A stretch of 25,124 nt of DNA, from the NCBI GenBank assembly GCA_044229145.1, contig JBGATO010000054.1, positions 1 to 25,124 on the forward strand, written 5' to 3'. Position 1 is the stretch's first letter. The number at the start of each line of letters is the position of its first letter. Made by a program: the position numbers and the translations under genes. Positions 1 through 11,021 of the stretch are shown here, piece by piece. The notes beneath the pieces were generated by a model. It was given only the letters and a program-made list of their open reading frames with translations. It was not told the DNA's origin and did no database searches. This DNA is from Candidatus Eiseniibacteriota bacterium. GTDB lineage: Bacteria > Eisenbacteria > RBG-16-71-46 > CAZEPH01.

Positions 1-66
1 GTCGGCGAGTTCGGCGATGCGTTCGTCGATGAGTTGCGAGGCGTTGGGCGTGTCGGGTGACGGCAT
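1..66 (-). CDS. DUF1801/YdhG-like protein, N-terminal fragment (runs off window)
   Basis: Manual translation from ATG at 66: MPSPDTPNASQLIDERIAELAD, resembling the 'SQLIDERIAELxDWRG' N-terminus of DUF1801 proteins; purine-rich AGGGA upstream. Confidence 0.65.
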   Translation of the reverse strand, partial: MPSPDTPNASQLIDERIAELAD

Positions 67-184
67 GGCGTGATGTCCCTGTCCGGCGAAGTGCCGCGAA
101 AGCTGACTCGCGTCATGCTGCTCGATGTCACAGTGGGGGCCGGGCGGTCACAGCGTTCTCCGCGCGGGGGCCTGTGTCGTCGCG

Positions 185-213
185 ATCTTCCGTGCGGGAT
201 CCAGCCGTGTCAA
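185..213 (-). promoter_or_regulatory. Putative sigma70-type promoter for the DUF1801 gene
   Basis: TTGACA (213-208), 17-nt spacer, GAAGAT (190-185) on minus strand. Confidence 0.4.
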
Positions 214-240
214 TCCGCACATGCCGCGAGGACGATACGG

Positions 241-834
241 CTACTCCTCGCCGCCGGGTGGCAGCACGTCCCGAAAGTCGGGGAGTTGCTTCCACTCAGG
301 CTCCGGCTGCCTGTGGCCGGCGCGCGGCGTGTACGGCGAGCGCTGCTCTTCTCGCAGGCGATGGATGTAGCGCGGACAGTTCGGAAAGATGGCCTCCGGC
401 CGCACGCGGACGATCAATTGCGCGCCGGGAAATCCCGACAGAAGCGGGTCGTCGGCGTGGACCGTCGCGCGGCCGTTGACGCGCAGGCGGTCGGGGTCCT
501 CGAAGTCGACGAACAGCAAGCCGGCCCACGGATTGACGCGCAGGTTGCCGAGGCTCTTGAACATGCCGTTGCCGTCGTAGCTCGGGAAGACGAGCGTCTG
601 CGGGTCGACGACGCGCACGAAGCCGGGCTCGCCGCCCTTGTACGAGCAGTCCGGCCGGCCGGCCGCGTCGGCCGTCGCCAGGAAGAACATGGTGCGGCTC
701 TCGATGAACGCGCGGTCGTCGCCGGTAAAGGCGTCGTGGGCGAGGCGATCGACCAGCCGATCGGCGAGCCGGCGGGAGCCGAAGTGGTCTTGCAGTGCAC
801 GCGAACCGTCGTGAAACATCGGAATGTCGGACAT
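241..834 (-). CDS. Pyridoxamine 5'-phosphate oxidase-like FMN-binding protein
   Basis: 197 aa; FFLATAD-GRPDCSYKGG-PGFV, YDGNGMFKSLGNL, GLLFVDF, NCPRYIH motifs; GGAGG SD upstream. Confidence 0.9.
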   Translation of the reverse strand: MSDIPMFHDGSRALQDHFGSRRLADRLVDRLAHDAFTGDDRAFIESRTMFFLATADAAGRPDCSYKGGEPGFVRVVDPQTLVFPSYDGNGMFKSLGNLRVNPWAGLLFVDFEDPDRLRVNGRATVHADDPLLSGFPGAQLIVRVRPEAIFPNCPRYIHRLREEQRSPYTPRAGHRQPEPEWKQLPDFRDVLPPGGEE

Positions 835-861
835 CGGACCTCCTGCCTCGGCGGTGATCGA

Positions 862-1503
862 TCAGCCCTGCGCGTCTGAGGCGACGAACGTCTGCACGTG
901 AAACCGCTTACCGGACGCGGCCGCCAGCTCGACATCGTCGACCGCGTGGAATCCGGCGACTGCCGCCGCCTCGCACAAGGCAGCCGGTGGAACGAGTCGC
1001 ATGATCGTCCCGAGCCGCGCGAGGCGCGTGAACGGCGACGGCGTGATCTCGGCGATCTCCGCGCTCGCGAGTTGCAACACGGCGACCAAGGTGCCGGCCG
1101 GACGCACCAGCGATCGGATCGTGACGAGGGCACGCGCGAGATCGACGTACTCGAATAGCAACCCGGCGAACGCGAGATCGACAGGCGGGATGTCGAGAGG
1201 GCCGTCCTGCAGGTCGGCGGCGGAGAGTTCCAAGCCGGGGATGCGCGCGGCCCACCGTGCCCGTGCCTGGTCGAGATACGCCGGCACGATGTCGATGCCG
1301 ACGACACGCGGAGTCTTCCGCGCGGCCGCGTGTTCGAATCCGTTTCCGCCGGCGCAGCCGAGGATCGCGAGCGAGCGCGGCACGTGCCGGTCGAGCGCCC
1401 GCGCGACCTGCTCGGAGAGCAGGCGCGCCTGGTCTACCTGCGGAAGCGCCATGTGCGCTTCGTAGTCGGCGAGCGGGATGTCGTGCCACGGATTGGACGT
1501 CAT
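862..1503 (-). CDS. Class I SAM-dependent methyltransferase
   Basis: Start trimmed to MTSNPWHDIPLADYEAHM (ATG 1503); Gly-rich ILGCAGGNG, VVGIDI, DLAFAGLLFEYV motifs. Confidence 0.8.
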   Translation of the reverse strand: MTSNPWHDIPLADYEAHMALPQVDQARLLSEQVARALDRHVPRSLAILGCAGGNGFEHAAARKTPRVVGIDIVPAYLDQARARWAARIPGLELSAADLQDGPLDIPPVDLAFAGLLFEYVDLARALVTIRSLVRPAGTLVAVLQLASAEIAEITPSPFTRLARLGTIMRLVPPAALCEAAAVAGFHAVDDVELAAASGKRFHVQTFVASDAQG

Positions 1504-1662
1504 CGTCGGCACCCGGTGGGAGCGCGGCGTGCGCGGCGGTCGCGCATCCACGCCGGCCAGTCTATCGAACCGCCGCCGCCGGGCCAAGCCGGCGCGCCCC
1601 ATCGTCCGATTGTCGCGAACCACGCTGGGCAGGTACCCTCCAGACACACTCTGGAGGATCCC

Positions 1663-2127
1663 ATGATTCGCATGCTCGCCTCGACTCTCGCCGCCCTCGC
1701 GCTGTCCTGCTCGCTCGCACTCGCGCAGGACATCGCGAATCCCGCCTACGACGATTCGCTCGCCACCCGATTCGGCGCCGACGATTTCGGCATGCGTTCG
1801 TACGTGCTGGTGATCCTCAAGACCGGCCCGACGAAGGTGCCGGCGGGGCCCGAGCGCGACGAGATGTTCCAGGGACACTTCGCCAACATCAACCGGCTGG
1901 CCGCGGAAGGCTCGCTGGTGCTGGCCGGGCCGCTCGACGGCGTCGACGGCTGGCGCGGCCTGTTCGTGTTCGCGGTGCCCGACATCGAAGCCGCCAAGAA
2001 GCTCGCCGCCACCGATCCCGTGTTGATCAAGGGCGAGATGGTCGCCGAGTACCACAAGTATTATGGCAGCGCGGCCATCATGGGCATCCGCGACGTGCAT
2101 GCCCGTCTCGGGAAGAAAAAGATGTAG
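1663..2127 (+). CDS. YciI-like (YCII-related) domain protein with signal peptide
   Basis: ATG 1663 with GGAGGA SD; hydrophobic N-terminus ending ALA-Q; YVLVILKTGP, GHFANI, LVLAGP, DP motifs. Confidence 0.8.
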   Translation: MIRMLASTLAALALSCSLALAQDIANPAYDDSLATRFGADDFGMRSYVLVILKTGPTKVPAGPERDEMFQGHFANINRLAAEGSLVLAGPLDGVDGWRGLFVFAVPDIEAAKKLAATDPVLIKGEMVAEYHKYYGSAAIMGIRDVHARLGKKKM

Positions 2128-2136
2128 GCGCGGCGC

Positions 2137-2553
2137 TCAGGCGCTGCACGGCCCCTTGAGTTCGAGCACGTTGCCGTCGGGGTCGGAGATGTACAGCGAG
2201 GGCCCGTCGCCCTCGGCGCCAAAGTTGTCGGAGACCGGACCGTGCGGTGGCGCGCCGTGCCGCCGAAGGTGCTGCTCGAGAGCGTCCGCGTCGAAGGGAT
2301 CGACGCGCAGACAGTGGTGATCGACGTTGCGGCCCTCGGCGCCCGGCGCGGCGCCGCCCGCGCGACCAAGCCGGCCGTCGAGCGCGACGAGATCGATGAT
2401 GGATGCACCGGCGCGCAGATGCACCAGGCCGAGATCGTCGCGACGCCGCACTACGGCGCATCCGAGCACGCGCGCGTAGAAATCGATGCTCGCCTCGAGG
2501 TCGCGCACGCGGAGCACCACGTGATCGAGGCGGGCAACTGCGAAGGGCATCAT
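2137..2553 (-). CDS. VOC family (glyoxalase/bleomycin-resistance-like) protein
   Basis: Start trimmed to MMPFAVARLDHVVLRVRDLEASIDFY; C-terminal SLYISDPDGNVLELK. Confidence 0.9.
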   Translation of the reverse strand: MMPFAVARLDHVVLRVRDLEASIDFYARVLGCAVVRRRDDLGLVHLRAGASIIDLVALDGRLGRAGGAAPGAEGRNVDHHCLRVDPFDADALEQHLRRHGAPPHGPVSDNFGAEGDGPSLYISDPDGNVLELKGPCSA

Positions 2554-2608
2554 CGCTCGCCGGCGCGGCGCCGCACGCTGGGCGGCGCCGCGCGTCTGTC
2601 GACCGGGA

Positions 2609-5600
2609 TTACTGTCCGCCGTTCCACACCGGCATCCGTCCCGGCGTGTACGGCGCTCCCGCCTTCTCGAGCTGATCTTCCAACGCGCGCGTACGGTCGT
2701 GCGCCCGGCGCAAATCGGCCAGCACCGTGCCGAACTCCGCGCGCGCTTCGTCGTAGGCACGCTGGTAGGTGCCGGTCGGCCCGGCGGTCGTGATCCACAG
2801 CGATCCGATGATGAGATCCGTGCGGCCTTTCAGCGACATCCGCGACTGCCCTTCGTACCGCGTCAGGATGTCGTCGCCGGTGAGGTCGCGCTTGATGTCC
2901 TTGAGTTGCGCCTTGATCGCGGAGATCTCCGCCAGGCGGCTGTCGTCGACATCGTGCAGGCTCATCGCGGCTGCTTCGAGATACGGCAGCACGTCACCGA
3001 GCTGTCCGCGGTGCGCGTCGGCCGCCGAGATCGCGCGCGACAACGTCGCCACCTTCTCGTTGAACGCGCGCAGCGCCGCCTGGTCCGCCACCGGCAGGCT
3101 CGCGATGTTGAGCGGCTGACAGTTAAACGTCTGCGGTGTGCCGAGCTGCGTGAGCTTGCGGTCTTGGTAGCGGTACAGCGTCACGCGGTACGTCCCGGGC
3201 GACGCCATGTAGCCGACCTCCGGCTCGTCCCACGGCGCGGAGTTCGTCGGGCCTTCGAGCGACACGGGACCCACAGGGCTCGTGCGGAAGTCCCACACTT
3301 CGCGGTGGAGGCCGGCGCTGATCGACTCCTTGAGCTTGCGCAACACACGACCGTCCGCGTCGGAGATGGCGAACAAGAGATAGGGCTCTTCCTCGGCATC
3401 TTCCTTCTTGAGTTCATCGTAGGTCGGGAAGGCGACGTCCTTGCCCGCCTCCTGCAACTTCTTCTCCGCCGCATTGCGCTGCTTCTTGAGCGACTTGTAC
3501 TCGTCCTTGATGTAGTAGGTGAAGGTGGCGCCCACGGCGGGGTTCGGCGCGGAGAAGTACGACGCGCCCTGGAAGCCAACGCCGCGGAAGCCGAGCGGAT
3601 CGGCCTGCACGAACATCGCGGCATCGGGCACCGGGAGGAGCGCGGCCGGCTGATCGAGCGCGGCTGCCGTCAGTCCGCGCAGCGGCGTGTAGTCGTCGAG
3701 GATGAAGATGCCGCGCCCGTATGTCGACACCACGAGGTCGTGCTCGTCGCGCTGGATCGTCATGTCCATGACTTGCACGGACGCCGGAATCCCGTTGGTC
3801 AGCTTGACCCACGCGGGCACCGCGGTGTTCGACACGTAGACGCCGGCCATCGTGCCGACGAAGAGCAGATTCGGATCCACGTCATCCACGGCGACCGACC
3901 ACGTGGCGCCGCGCGGCACCGGCAAGTCGGCGACGATCGACGTCCAGTGCGCGCCGCCGTCGGTGGTCTTGTACACGTACGGCGCGAAATCGCCGGCGAA
4001 GACGTTGTTGCATGCCGCGTACGCGACGTTGACGTCGAGCGGCGACGCGGCGATCTGGTGGATGCGCGCGAACTCCGGCAAGCCGGGCAGCAGCGCGCGC
4101 GTCCACGTCTTGCCGCCGTCGTGCGTGTAGTGCAACAGGCCATCGGCGGAGCCCGCGTAGAGGTACTTGTCGTCCTTCGGCGATTCCGCGAGCGCCGACA
4201 GGTGCGCGAGCGAACCCTTCGACACCAGTTCGTCCATGCTCCAACTGCGGCCCATCATGCGGTGCATCTCCTTCGGGACGCCGCGCGTGAGGTCGGAGCT
4301 GATCTCGCGCCAGCTCTCGCCGCGATCGTCGGAACGCAGCACCAGGTTCGCGCCTTGGTAGAGCCGCGTGTGGTCGTGCCGCGAGACGACCAGCGGCGTG
4401 TCCCAGTCGAAACGGTACGCCGGCTTGCCGGCGCCCTCGAAGCCGCGCAAGTAGAGGCGCTCGCCGGTCTTGCGATCGTAGCGCACCAGCGCGCCGAATT
4501 GCGCCTGCGAGTAGACGATGTTGGGGTCGGACCAGTCGACCTGCGACTGGAAGCCGTCGCCGGCCTCGGTGAACGTCCAGTCTGCGTTCGTGATGCCGCT
4601 CGAGTTGAGCGTGCGCGACGGCCCGCCGAGGCTGTTGTTGTCCTGCGTGCCGATGTACACGTTGTAGAACGGCTTCGCGTTGTCGACCGTGACCTTGTAG
4701 ACCTCGGCGAGCGGCAGGTTCGACTTGAACGCCCACGTCTGCGCGCGGTCGAACGATTCGTAGAGGCCGCCGTCGTTGCCCGACAGCATGTGCCGCGGGT
4801 CCGTCGGGTCGATCCACAGCTTGTGGTTATCGACGTGCTTCTTGTCCTCGCCGAGACGCGACCACGTCTTGCCGCCGTCGATCGACACTTGGTTGAAGAC
4901 ATCCATCGCGTAGACGCGGTCGACGTTCTGTGGATCGCAGAACAGCTTCTGACAATAGAACGGATACGACGTGACGTAGTCGCTCGCGCGGGTCCAGCTG
5001 GCACCGGCGTCCTTGCTCACGTACGTGCCCTTGTCCTTCTTCTCCTTCGCGTCGACCACCGCGTACAGGCGGTCCGGGTCGGCCGGCGAGATCACCATGC
5101 CGATGCGGCCGACCATCTTCTGCGGCAGGCCGCCTTCGAGGCGCTTCCACGTCGTGCCGCCGTCGGTCGTCTTGTAGATCGCGCTTTCATCGCCACCGGC
5201 CACCACGGTCGTGAGGTAGCGTTGGCGCTGGTGCGCGACGGTGTAGAGGATGTCCGGATTGCGCGGGTCCATGTACAGTTCCCAGCATCCGGTGTAGTCG
5301 CTCGGGTGCAGGACGTTGACCCACGTCTTGCCGCCGTCGGTGGTCTTGAAGACGCCACGCTCGCCGCCCGGCAAGCGGTGCGGCCCGTACGCCGCCACCC
5401 ACACGATGTTCGAGTTCTGCGGGTGCACGACGATCTCGCCGATCTGCTGCGATTCCTTGAGCCCCATGTTCTTCCAGGACTTGCCGCCGTCCTCGCTCTT
5501 GTACACGCCGTCGCCCGGCACCACGTAGGACTGCGCGTTGTTCTCGCCGGTGCCCGCCCACACGGTGTGCGGGTTCGACAGATCCATCGTCACCGCGCCG

Positions 5601-5968
5601 ATCGCGAACGACGACTGCCCATCGAACACCGGCGTGAACGTCACGCCCGCGTTCGTCGTCTTCCACAGCGAGCCGTGGCCCGACGCCACGAAGTACTCGG
5701 AGTGGTCGCGCGGATTGACCTCGATGTCGATGACGCGCCCGCCGGTCACCGCCGGCCCGATGCTGCGGAAGCTGAGCGCGTCGAGCGTGGCCTTGGCGAG
5801 CGGCGACGCCGACTCCGCGGACTTCTTGTCGGTGGCGGATTTCTTCGCCGCGGCCGCATGCGCGAGCGGCTGGGCGAGGGACAGCGCGCAGAGCGCGAGC
5901 AGGATCGGACGTGCGCGATGCGTCGACGGGTGGCGCACCGAGTCCGGAGCAGCGGCGAACAAAGTCAT
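2609..5968 (-). CDS. Secreted BNR/Asp-box repeat (VPS10/sortilin-like) glycosyl hydrolase-related protein
   Basis: 1119 aa; signal peptide; FRSIGPA..GGR start; many S/TxDGGxT/SW Asp-boxes; helical C-terminal region. Confidence 0.88.
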   Translation of the reverse strand: MTLFAAAPDSVRHPSTHRARPILLALCALSLAQPLAHAAAAKKSATDKKSAESASPLAKATLDALSFRSIGPAVTGGRVIDIEVNPRDHSEYFVASGHGSLWKTTNAGVTFTPVFDGQSSFAIGAVTMDLSNPHTVWAGTGENNAQSYVVPGDGVYKSEDGGKSWKNMGLKESQQIGEIVVHPQNSNIVWVAAYGPHRLPGGERGVFKTTDGGKTWVNVLHPSDYTGCWELYMDPRNPDILYTVAHQRQRYLTTVVAGGDESAIYKTTDGGTTWKRLEGGLPQKMVGRIGMVISPADPDRLYAVVDAKEKKDKGTYVSKDAGASWTRASDYVTSYPFYCQKLFCDPQNVDRVYAMDVFNQVSIDGGKTWSRLGEDKKHVDNHKLWIDPTDPRHMLSGNDGGLYESFDRAQTWAFKSNLPLAEVYKVTVDNAKPFYNVYIGTQDNNSLGGPSRTLNSSGITNADWTFTEAGDGFQSQVDWSDPNIVYSQAQFGALVRYDRKTGERLYLRGFEGAGKPAYRFDWDTPLVVSRHDHTRLYQGANLVLRSDDRGESWREISSDLTRGVPKEMHRMMGRSWSMDELVSKGSLAHLSALAESPKDDKYLYAGSADGLLHYTHDGGKTWTRALLPGLPEFARIHQIAASPLDVNVAYAACNNVFAGDFAPYVYKTTDGGAHWTSIVADLPVPRGATWSVAVDDVDPNLLFVGTMAGVYVSNTAVPAWVKLTNGIPASVQVMDMTIQRDEHDLVVSTYGRGIFILDDYTPLRGLTAAALDQPAALLPVPDAAMFVQADPLGFRGVGFQGASYFSAPNPAVGATFTYYIKDEYKSLKKQRNAAEKKLQEAGKDVAFPTYDELKKEDAEEEPYLLFAISDADGRVLRKLKESISAGLHREVWDFRTSPVGPVSLEGPTNSAPWDEPEVGYMASPGTYRVTLYRYQDRKLTQLGTPQTFNCQPLNIASLPVADQAALRAFNEKVATLSRAISAADAHRGQLGDVLPYLEAAAMSLHDVDDSRLAEISAIKAQLKDIKRDLTGDDILTRYEGQSRMSLKGRTDLIIGSLWITTAGPTGTYQRAYDEARAEFGTVLADLRRAHDRTRALEDQLEKAGAPYTPGRMPVWNGGQ

Positions 5969-6063
5969 GGGAGGTCAACTCCAGCGAAGGGAACGTGGGG
6001 GGAGACTGTGACGATGCATGCCCGAACCGGCGACCGGTCAGGTTCGGGCCAGAGCAAGCGGCA

Positions 6064-6093
6064 AAGGTACACGCGGGGGCCGGAAACGATCAA
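6064..6093 (-). promoter_or_regulatory. Putative sigma70-type promoter for the BNR-repeat gene
   Basis: TTGATC (6093-6088), 18-nt spacer, TACCTT (6069-6064). Confidence 0.4.
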
Positions 6094-6106
6094 GCGTGGG
6101 GCGACC

Positions 6107-6853
6107 TCACGCCACCACGATCATCTTGACGCCCGCCACCAGCAGCACCACGGCGAGCAGGCGCTGGATCGCGGGGCTGCCGAGCCGGCGGCTTCCATAC
6201 TCCGCGCCGATGTAGCCACCGATCGCCACGACGACTGCCCACATCGGGAGCGCCGCGTGCACGTGTGTCGCGGTCGACAGGACTCCCAGGATGCCGCCGA
6301 TCGAGTTGACCAGAATGAAGGCCGCCGCCACGCCGGAGATCACTCGCACCGGCGCCCAGCGGAAGAACAGCAGTGTCGGGCTCAGGAAGATTCCGCCGCC
6401 CACACCCGTGAGGCCGGACAGGAATCCGAGCGCGCCACCGGTGAGCAGCAAAACGGGAACGGGGGGCACCGTCGTCTCGTGGGCGCCAGGGCGGCGCGCG
6501 GTGCGGAATGATCGCCACGCCGCATAGATGAGCACCGCTCCGACGACGACCTTATAGATGTGGGCCGAAAGCGTGATGCGGCCACCGAGAAAGGCCAGCG
6601 GCACGGCGGCCACCGCGAGCGGTGCAAACAGCTGCCAGGAAAATGAGCCGGCGCGGTAGAACTTCCACGTCGTGACCAACGCGACCACGATGTTCAGTGC
6701 CAGGGCCGTCGGCTTCATCAGCGCCGGGGCCACCCCCGCGAGCGCCATCACCGCCAGGTAGCCCGACGCGCCCGCGTGTCCCACCGATGCGTACAGCACC
6801 GCCGCGCAGAACAGAAGTGCGGCGAGCACCACACTGTCCGCTCCGAAGTGCAT
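6107..6853 (-). CDS. Sulfite exporter TauE/SafE family membrane protein
   Basis: 248 aa, very hydrophobic; YASVGHAGASGYLA and GFLSGLTGVGGGIFLSP repeats typical of TSUP. Confidence 0.9.
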   Translation of the reverse strand: MHFGADSVVLAALLFCAAVLYASVGHAGASGYLAVMALAGVAPALMKPTALALNIVVALVTTWKFYRAGSFSWQLFAPLAVAAVPLAFLGGRITLSAHIYKVVVGAVLIYAAWRSFRTARRPGAHETTVPPVPVLLLTGGALGFLSGLTGVGGGIFLSPTLLFFRWAPVRVISGVAAAFILVNSIGGILGVLSTATHVHAALPMWAVVVAIGGYIGAEYGSRRLGSPAIQRLLAVVLLVAGVKMIVVA

Positions 6854-6904
6854 GGACGCCGTCTCCTCTCCGTCCGCCGGCGGTGCGCGGTTCGCGGGGG
6901 CGGC

Positions 6905-9055
6905 CTACCGGCGCGTCCGCGCCATCCACACCTCGATCACCATCAACACGACGGCTGCGATCAGCAACTCGCGCCACAGTTCGCGGCCGTGCCGCAGCTT
7001 CTGCACCACCGCCGACACGCGGTCGCGCGGCTCCATCACGAGCGTCGCCGCGCGACCGCTGGCGCGCACCAGTTCGCGGGCCGCGGGCCGCGCCAGATCT
7101 CCCTCGCGCGCGTCCACGTTCACGGCGAAACGGTCGAGGACGCGCTGGCCGGCGCGGACGGTCCACACACCCGGCGTCGGTACCGGTGCGGTGACGAGCA
7201 GGGCGCGGCCCCCCTCGCTGCGCGCGTGGACGGCGAGCGTGGCGCCGCCGGGCCCGTCGCACTGCACGGCGGCCGCGCTCACGCCGGCGGGCGCGAGGAC
7301 GCTGAGGGCGTCGCCGACGGTGCGGTCGGCGTCGGGCCGTGCGCGGCCGGTGGCGAGGTACCCGGCGCTCTGGCGCAGAAACGGCAGGAACGAACCCGTC
7401 GTCGGAAAATCGCCCCACACGAGATCGAACGCGGACGTGAACACGAGCACGCCCGGGCCTTCGAGAAGCGCGGGCGTGGTGTCGCTGAAGCGGGCGAGCA
7501 CGCGCAGTGCGGTGCCCGGCGTCACGCCGACGGCTTGCACGAAGCGGCCGCCCGTGAGTGCGCCGCCGCGTGTCAGCCGGAAGCCGGCGAACACGGGGTG
7601 ATCGGCCACGCTCGGAATCAAGCTGACGTAGGAACCCGCCGTGGCGTGTTTGACGACACCGGTCGCCCGCGCGCCGCCGGCACCGGCCGGCAAGAGAGCC
7701 GGAAGGATCTCGGCGTTGAGCACCGCGGGATCGGTGTGGGCGCCGCAGGCGAGCAGCACGGCCCCTCCGGCGCGCAAGTAGCCGGCAAGCGCCTGCAATG
7801 CGGCGGCCGGCAAGCGCGGCGGGTCGGCCAGCACGACGAGGTCGTAGCGCGATGGATCGGCGGAGAGCAGCGCGGTGCCTTCTCGTACATCGACCGCGAA
7901 CCGCGTCCCGATCGCGCCCGCACCACCGGCTTCGAGCGCGAGCTTCACGAACGCGGCGGCGGGGATGTCGGCGGGCTTCACGGGATCGCCAGACGCCAGC
8001 GCGCGCGCGGCATCGTCGCCGCCTTCGCCCACCAGGAGAACGCGCACCACACCGCGGGCACGCGGCACGAGGAAGCGGACGTTGTCTTCGGCGAGCGCGT
8101 CATTCGGCAGCACGGCGCGTTCGCTTTCCGGCGTGAGGCCGGCGGGCGCGGCGGCGAGCGGATCGCGCACGGACACGTCGGCGTGGTCGCGTGCGGGAAC
8201 GGCGAGCGCGGCTTCCGCGGCGGCGAGTCCGGTGGCCTCGAGTCTGACCGGCACGGTCGTCGGTTCGGGCGAGTGATTGGCGACGGTGACGCGCACCGTG
8301 CCGTCGGCAGCACGCGCCGCGTCGAGACTCAGGTTGCCGCGCGGCTCCGCGCTCGCGGGTGCCAGCACCAGGCGCACGGTGCGCCCCACGTTCGCGGTGG
8401 CGCGCGCGACGTCGGCGAGCGCGGGTGACTGCATGTCGGAAACGACGTACACCTCGCGGTTCGGGCGCTTCTCGGCATCCACGCGGCGCAGCGCTTCCGC
8501 CACCGCGGAGCCGAGCGCGCCGGCGGTGAGCGACGGCGTCACGCTGCGCAGCGCGGCCAGCGCGGCGTCGCGTCCGGCGATGACGTCACGCGCGGCGAGC
8601 GCATGCGTGTCCTCGCCGCCACCGCCGCGCGCGATGACGAGCGTGACCGCATCGCCGCTGCCGGTTTGGCGCACGATCTCCTCGGCGCGACGTCGCGCCG
8701 CGGCGAACACTTCGCCGCCGCCCGGCGCGGTCGCGTTCATGCTCAACGTCGCGTCGAGCACCACCGCCACCGCGCTCTCGCCTCCCCCGCCGCCGAGCAC
8801 GCCGGCCCGTTGCATCGCCGGCCGCGCTGCCGCCAGCACGAGCAGCGCGACGATCAGCATGCGCACGAGAAGCAGAATGTAGTCGTGCAGCCGGACCTGC
8901 CGCACGTTCTCGCGCCGCACCTCGCGCAGCAGCCACGTCGTCGGGATGCGAATCTCCGGCAATCGCCGCCGGTAGATCAGGTGGATGAGCAGCGGCGCCG
9001 CCACGGCGGTGAGCCCGGCGAGCAACGCGGCGTTGAGAAAGCTGAAGACCGGCAT
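6905..9055 (-). CDS. BatA N-terminal / VWA domain membrane protein
   Basis: Start MPVFSFLNAALL..PLLIHL (ATG overlaps DUF58 stop, TGATG); LLLVRMLIVALLVLAAARP; MIDAS-like VLDATLSM and VVSDMQ; C-terminal TM ELWRELLIAAVVLMVIE. Confidence 0.85.
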   Translation of the reverse strand: MPVFSFLNAALLAGLTAVAAPLLIHLIYRRRLPEIRIPTTWLLREVRRENVRQVRLHDYILLLVRMLIVALLVLAAARPAMQRAGVLGGGGGESAVAVVLDATLSMNATAPGGGEVFAAARRRAEEIVRQTGSGDAVTLVIARGGGGEDTHALAARDVIAGRDAALAALRSVTPSLTAGALGSAVAEALRRVDAEKRPNREVYVVSDMQSPALADVARATANVGRTVRLVLAPASAEPRGNLSLDAARAADGTVRVTVANHSPEPTTVPVRLEATGLAAAEAALAVPARDHADVSVRDPLAAAPAGLTPESERAVLPNDALAEDNVRFLVPRARGVVRVLLVGEGGDDAARALASGDPVKPADIPAAAFVKLALEAGGAGAIGTRFAVDVREGTALLSADPSRYDLVVLADPPRLPAAALQALAGYLRAGGAVLLACGAHTDPAVLNAEILPALLPAGAGGARATGVVKHATAGSYVSLIPSVADHPVFAGFRLTRGGALTGGRFVQAVGVTPGTALRVLARFSDTTPALLEGPGVLVFTSAFDLVWGDFPTTGSFLPFLRQSAGYLATGRARPDADRTVGDALSVLAPAGVSAAAVQCDGPGGATLAVHARSEGGRALLVTAPVPTPGVWTVRAGQRVLDRFAVNVDAREGDLARPAARELVRASGRAATLVMEPRDRVSAVVQKLRHGRELWRELLIAAVVLMVIEVWMARTRR

Positions 9056-9983
9056 CAGTAGAGACGGCTCCGCTTCTGCAGGTAGGCGAGCAGCGCGACG
9101 TCGTAGGGCGTGCGCGTGTCGAGCGGCACGAAGTCGATCTGGTGTTCGCGGCAATGCGCGCGCAGCCGCTCGCGCCATGTCTCGAGCGCTTGCAGATACT
9201 CGCGGCGAATCACGTCCGGCCGCATTTCGAGCCGGTCGCCGGTTTCGACGTCGATGAAGCGCGCTTCGCGATCGTACGGAAAGAGCGTTTCGGCCGGCTC
9301 CAGGATGTGGAACACGAGCACCTCGTGCTTGCGATGCCGGAAGTGGCTGAGCGCATCGAGGATCGCGTCGACGTTGGGATCGTTGAGATCGCTGAGTACG
9401 ATGATAAGGCCGCGGCGCCGCACGCGCTCGGCAAGCGCGTTCAGGCACGGCGCAATCGACGTCGTCTTCTCCGACGGCGCGTCGCCGAGCACGTCGTAGA
9501 TCGCGGCGAGGTGACGGCGAATGCTGCGCGGCGGCAAGAAGCGCCGGATGCCGTCGTCGAACGTGAGGAGCCCAACCGCGTCGTTCTGCCGCAACATGAG
9601 ATAGGAGAGCGCGGCGGCGAGGTACGACGCATACGTCAGCTTCGGCAGCGTCGGCTGGTCACCGGGAGCCGGCGGCGCCTTCCACATCGACGCGCTGACG
9701 TCGAGCAGGATGTAGCCGCGAAGGTTCGTCTCCTCCTCGAACTCCTTCACATAGAAGCGATCCGACTTCGCGTACAGCTTCCAGTCGATCGCGCGGACCG
9801 GATCGCCCGGCATGTACTGGCGATGTTCGGCGAACTCGACGCTGAAGCCGTGATACGGACTCTTGTGGAGTCCGGCGAAGAAGCCCTCGACCACCAGCCG
9901 CGCCTTGAGGTCGAACCCGGCGAGCTTGCTGACGGCGAGGGGATCGAGGAAGCGTGCGCCGCCGGTGTCGGGCGCGCGTTGAC

Positions 9984-9987
<4 letters not shown>
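9055..9987 (-). CDS. DUF58 domain protein (MoxR-associated)
   Basis: GTG 9987 overlaps MoxR stop (GTGA); GLHKSPYHGFSVEFAEHRQYMPGD, IDWK, VKEFEEE, DVSASM motifs. Confidence 0.92.

Positions 9988-11021
<1,034 letters not shown>

Noticed and set aside
1504..2100. N-terminal extension of the methyltransferase ORF (likewise 5' extensions of the YciI, VOC, BatA, DUF58, yidD, parA and dnaN ORFs)
   Set aside because: Extensions overlap neighbouring real genes or regulatory DNA; better internal starts with SD or stop/start overlap exist
3900..5700. Recurrent TTGCCGCCGTC-like nucleotide repeats as a possible array/CRISPR
   Set aside because: They encode the Asp-box (DGGKTW) protein repeats; spacing is irregular and intragenic
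2699..6511. 1270-aa plus-strand ORF
   Set aside because: Antisense shadow of the BNR and tauE genes; typical high-GC artefact with no recognisable motifs
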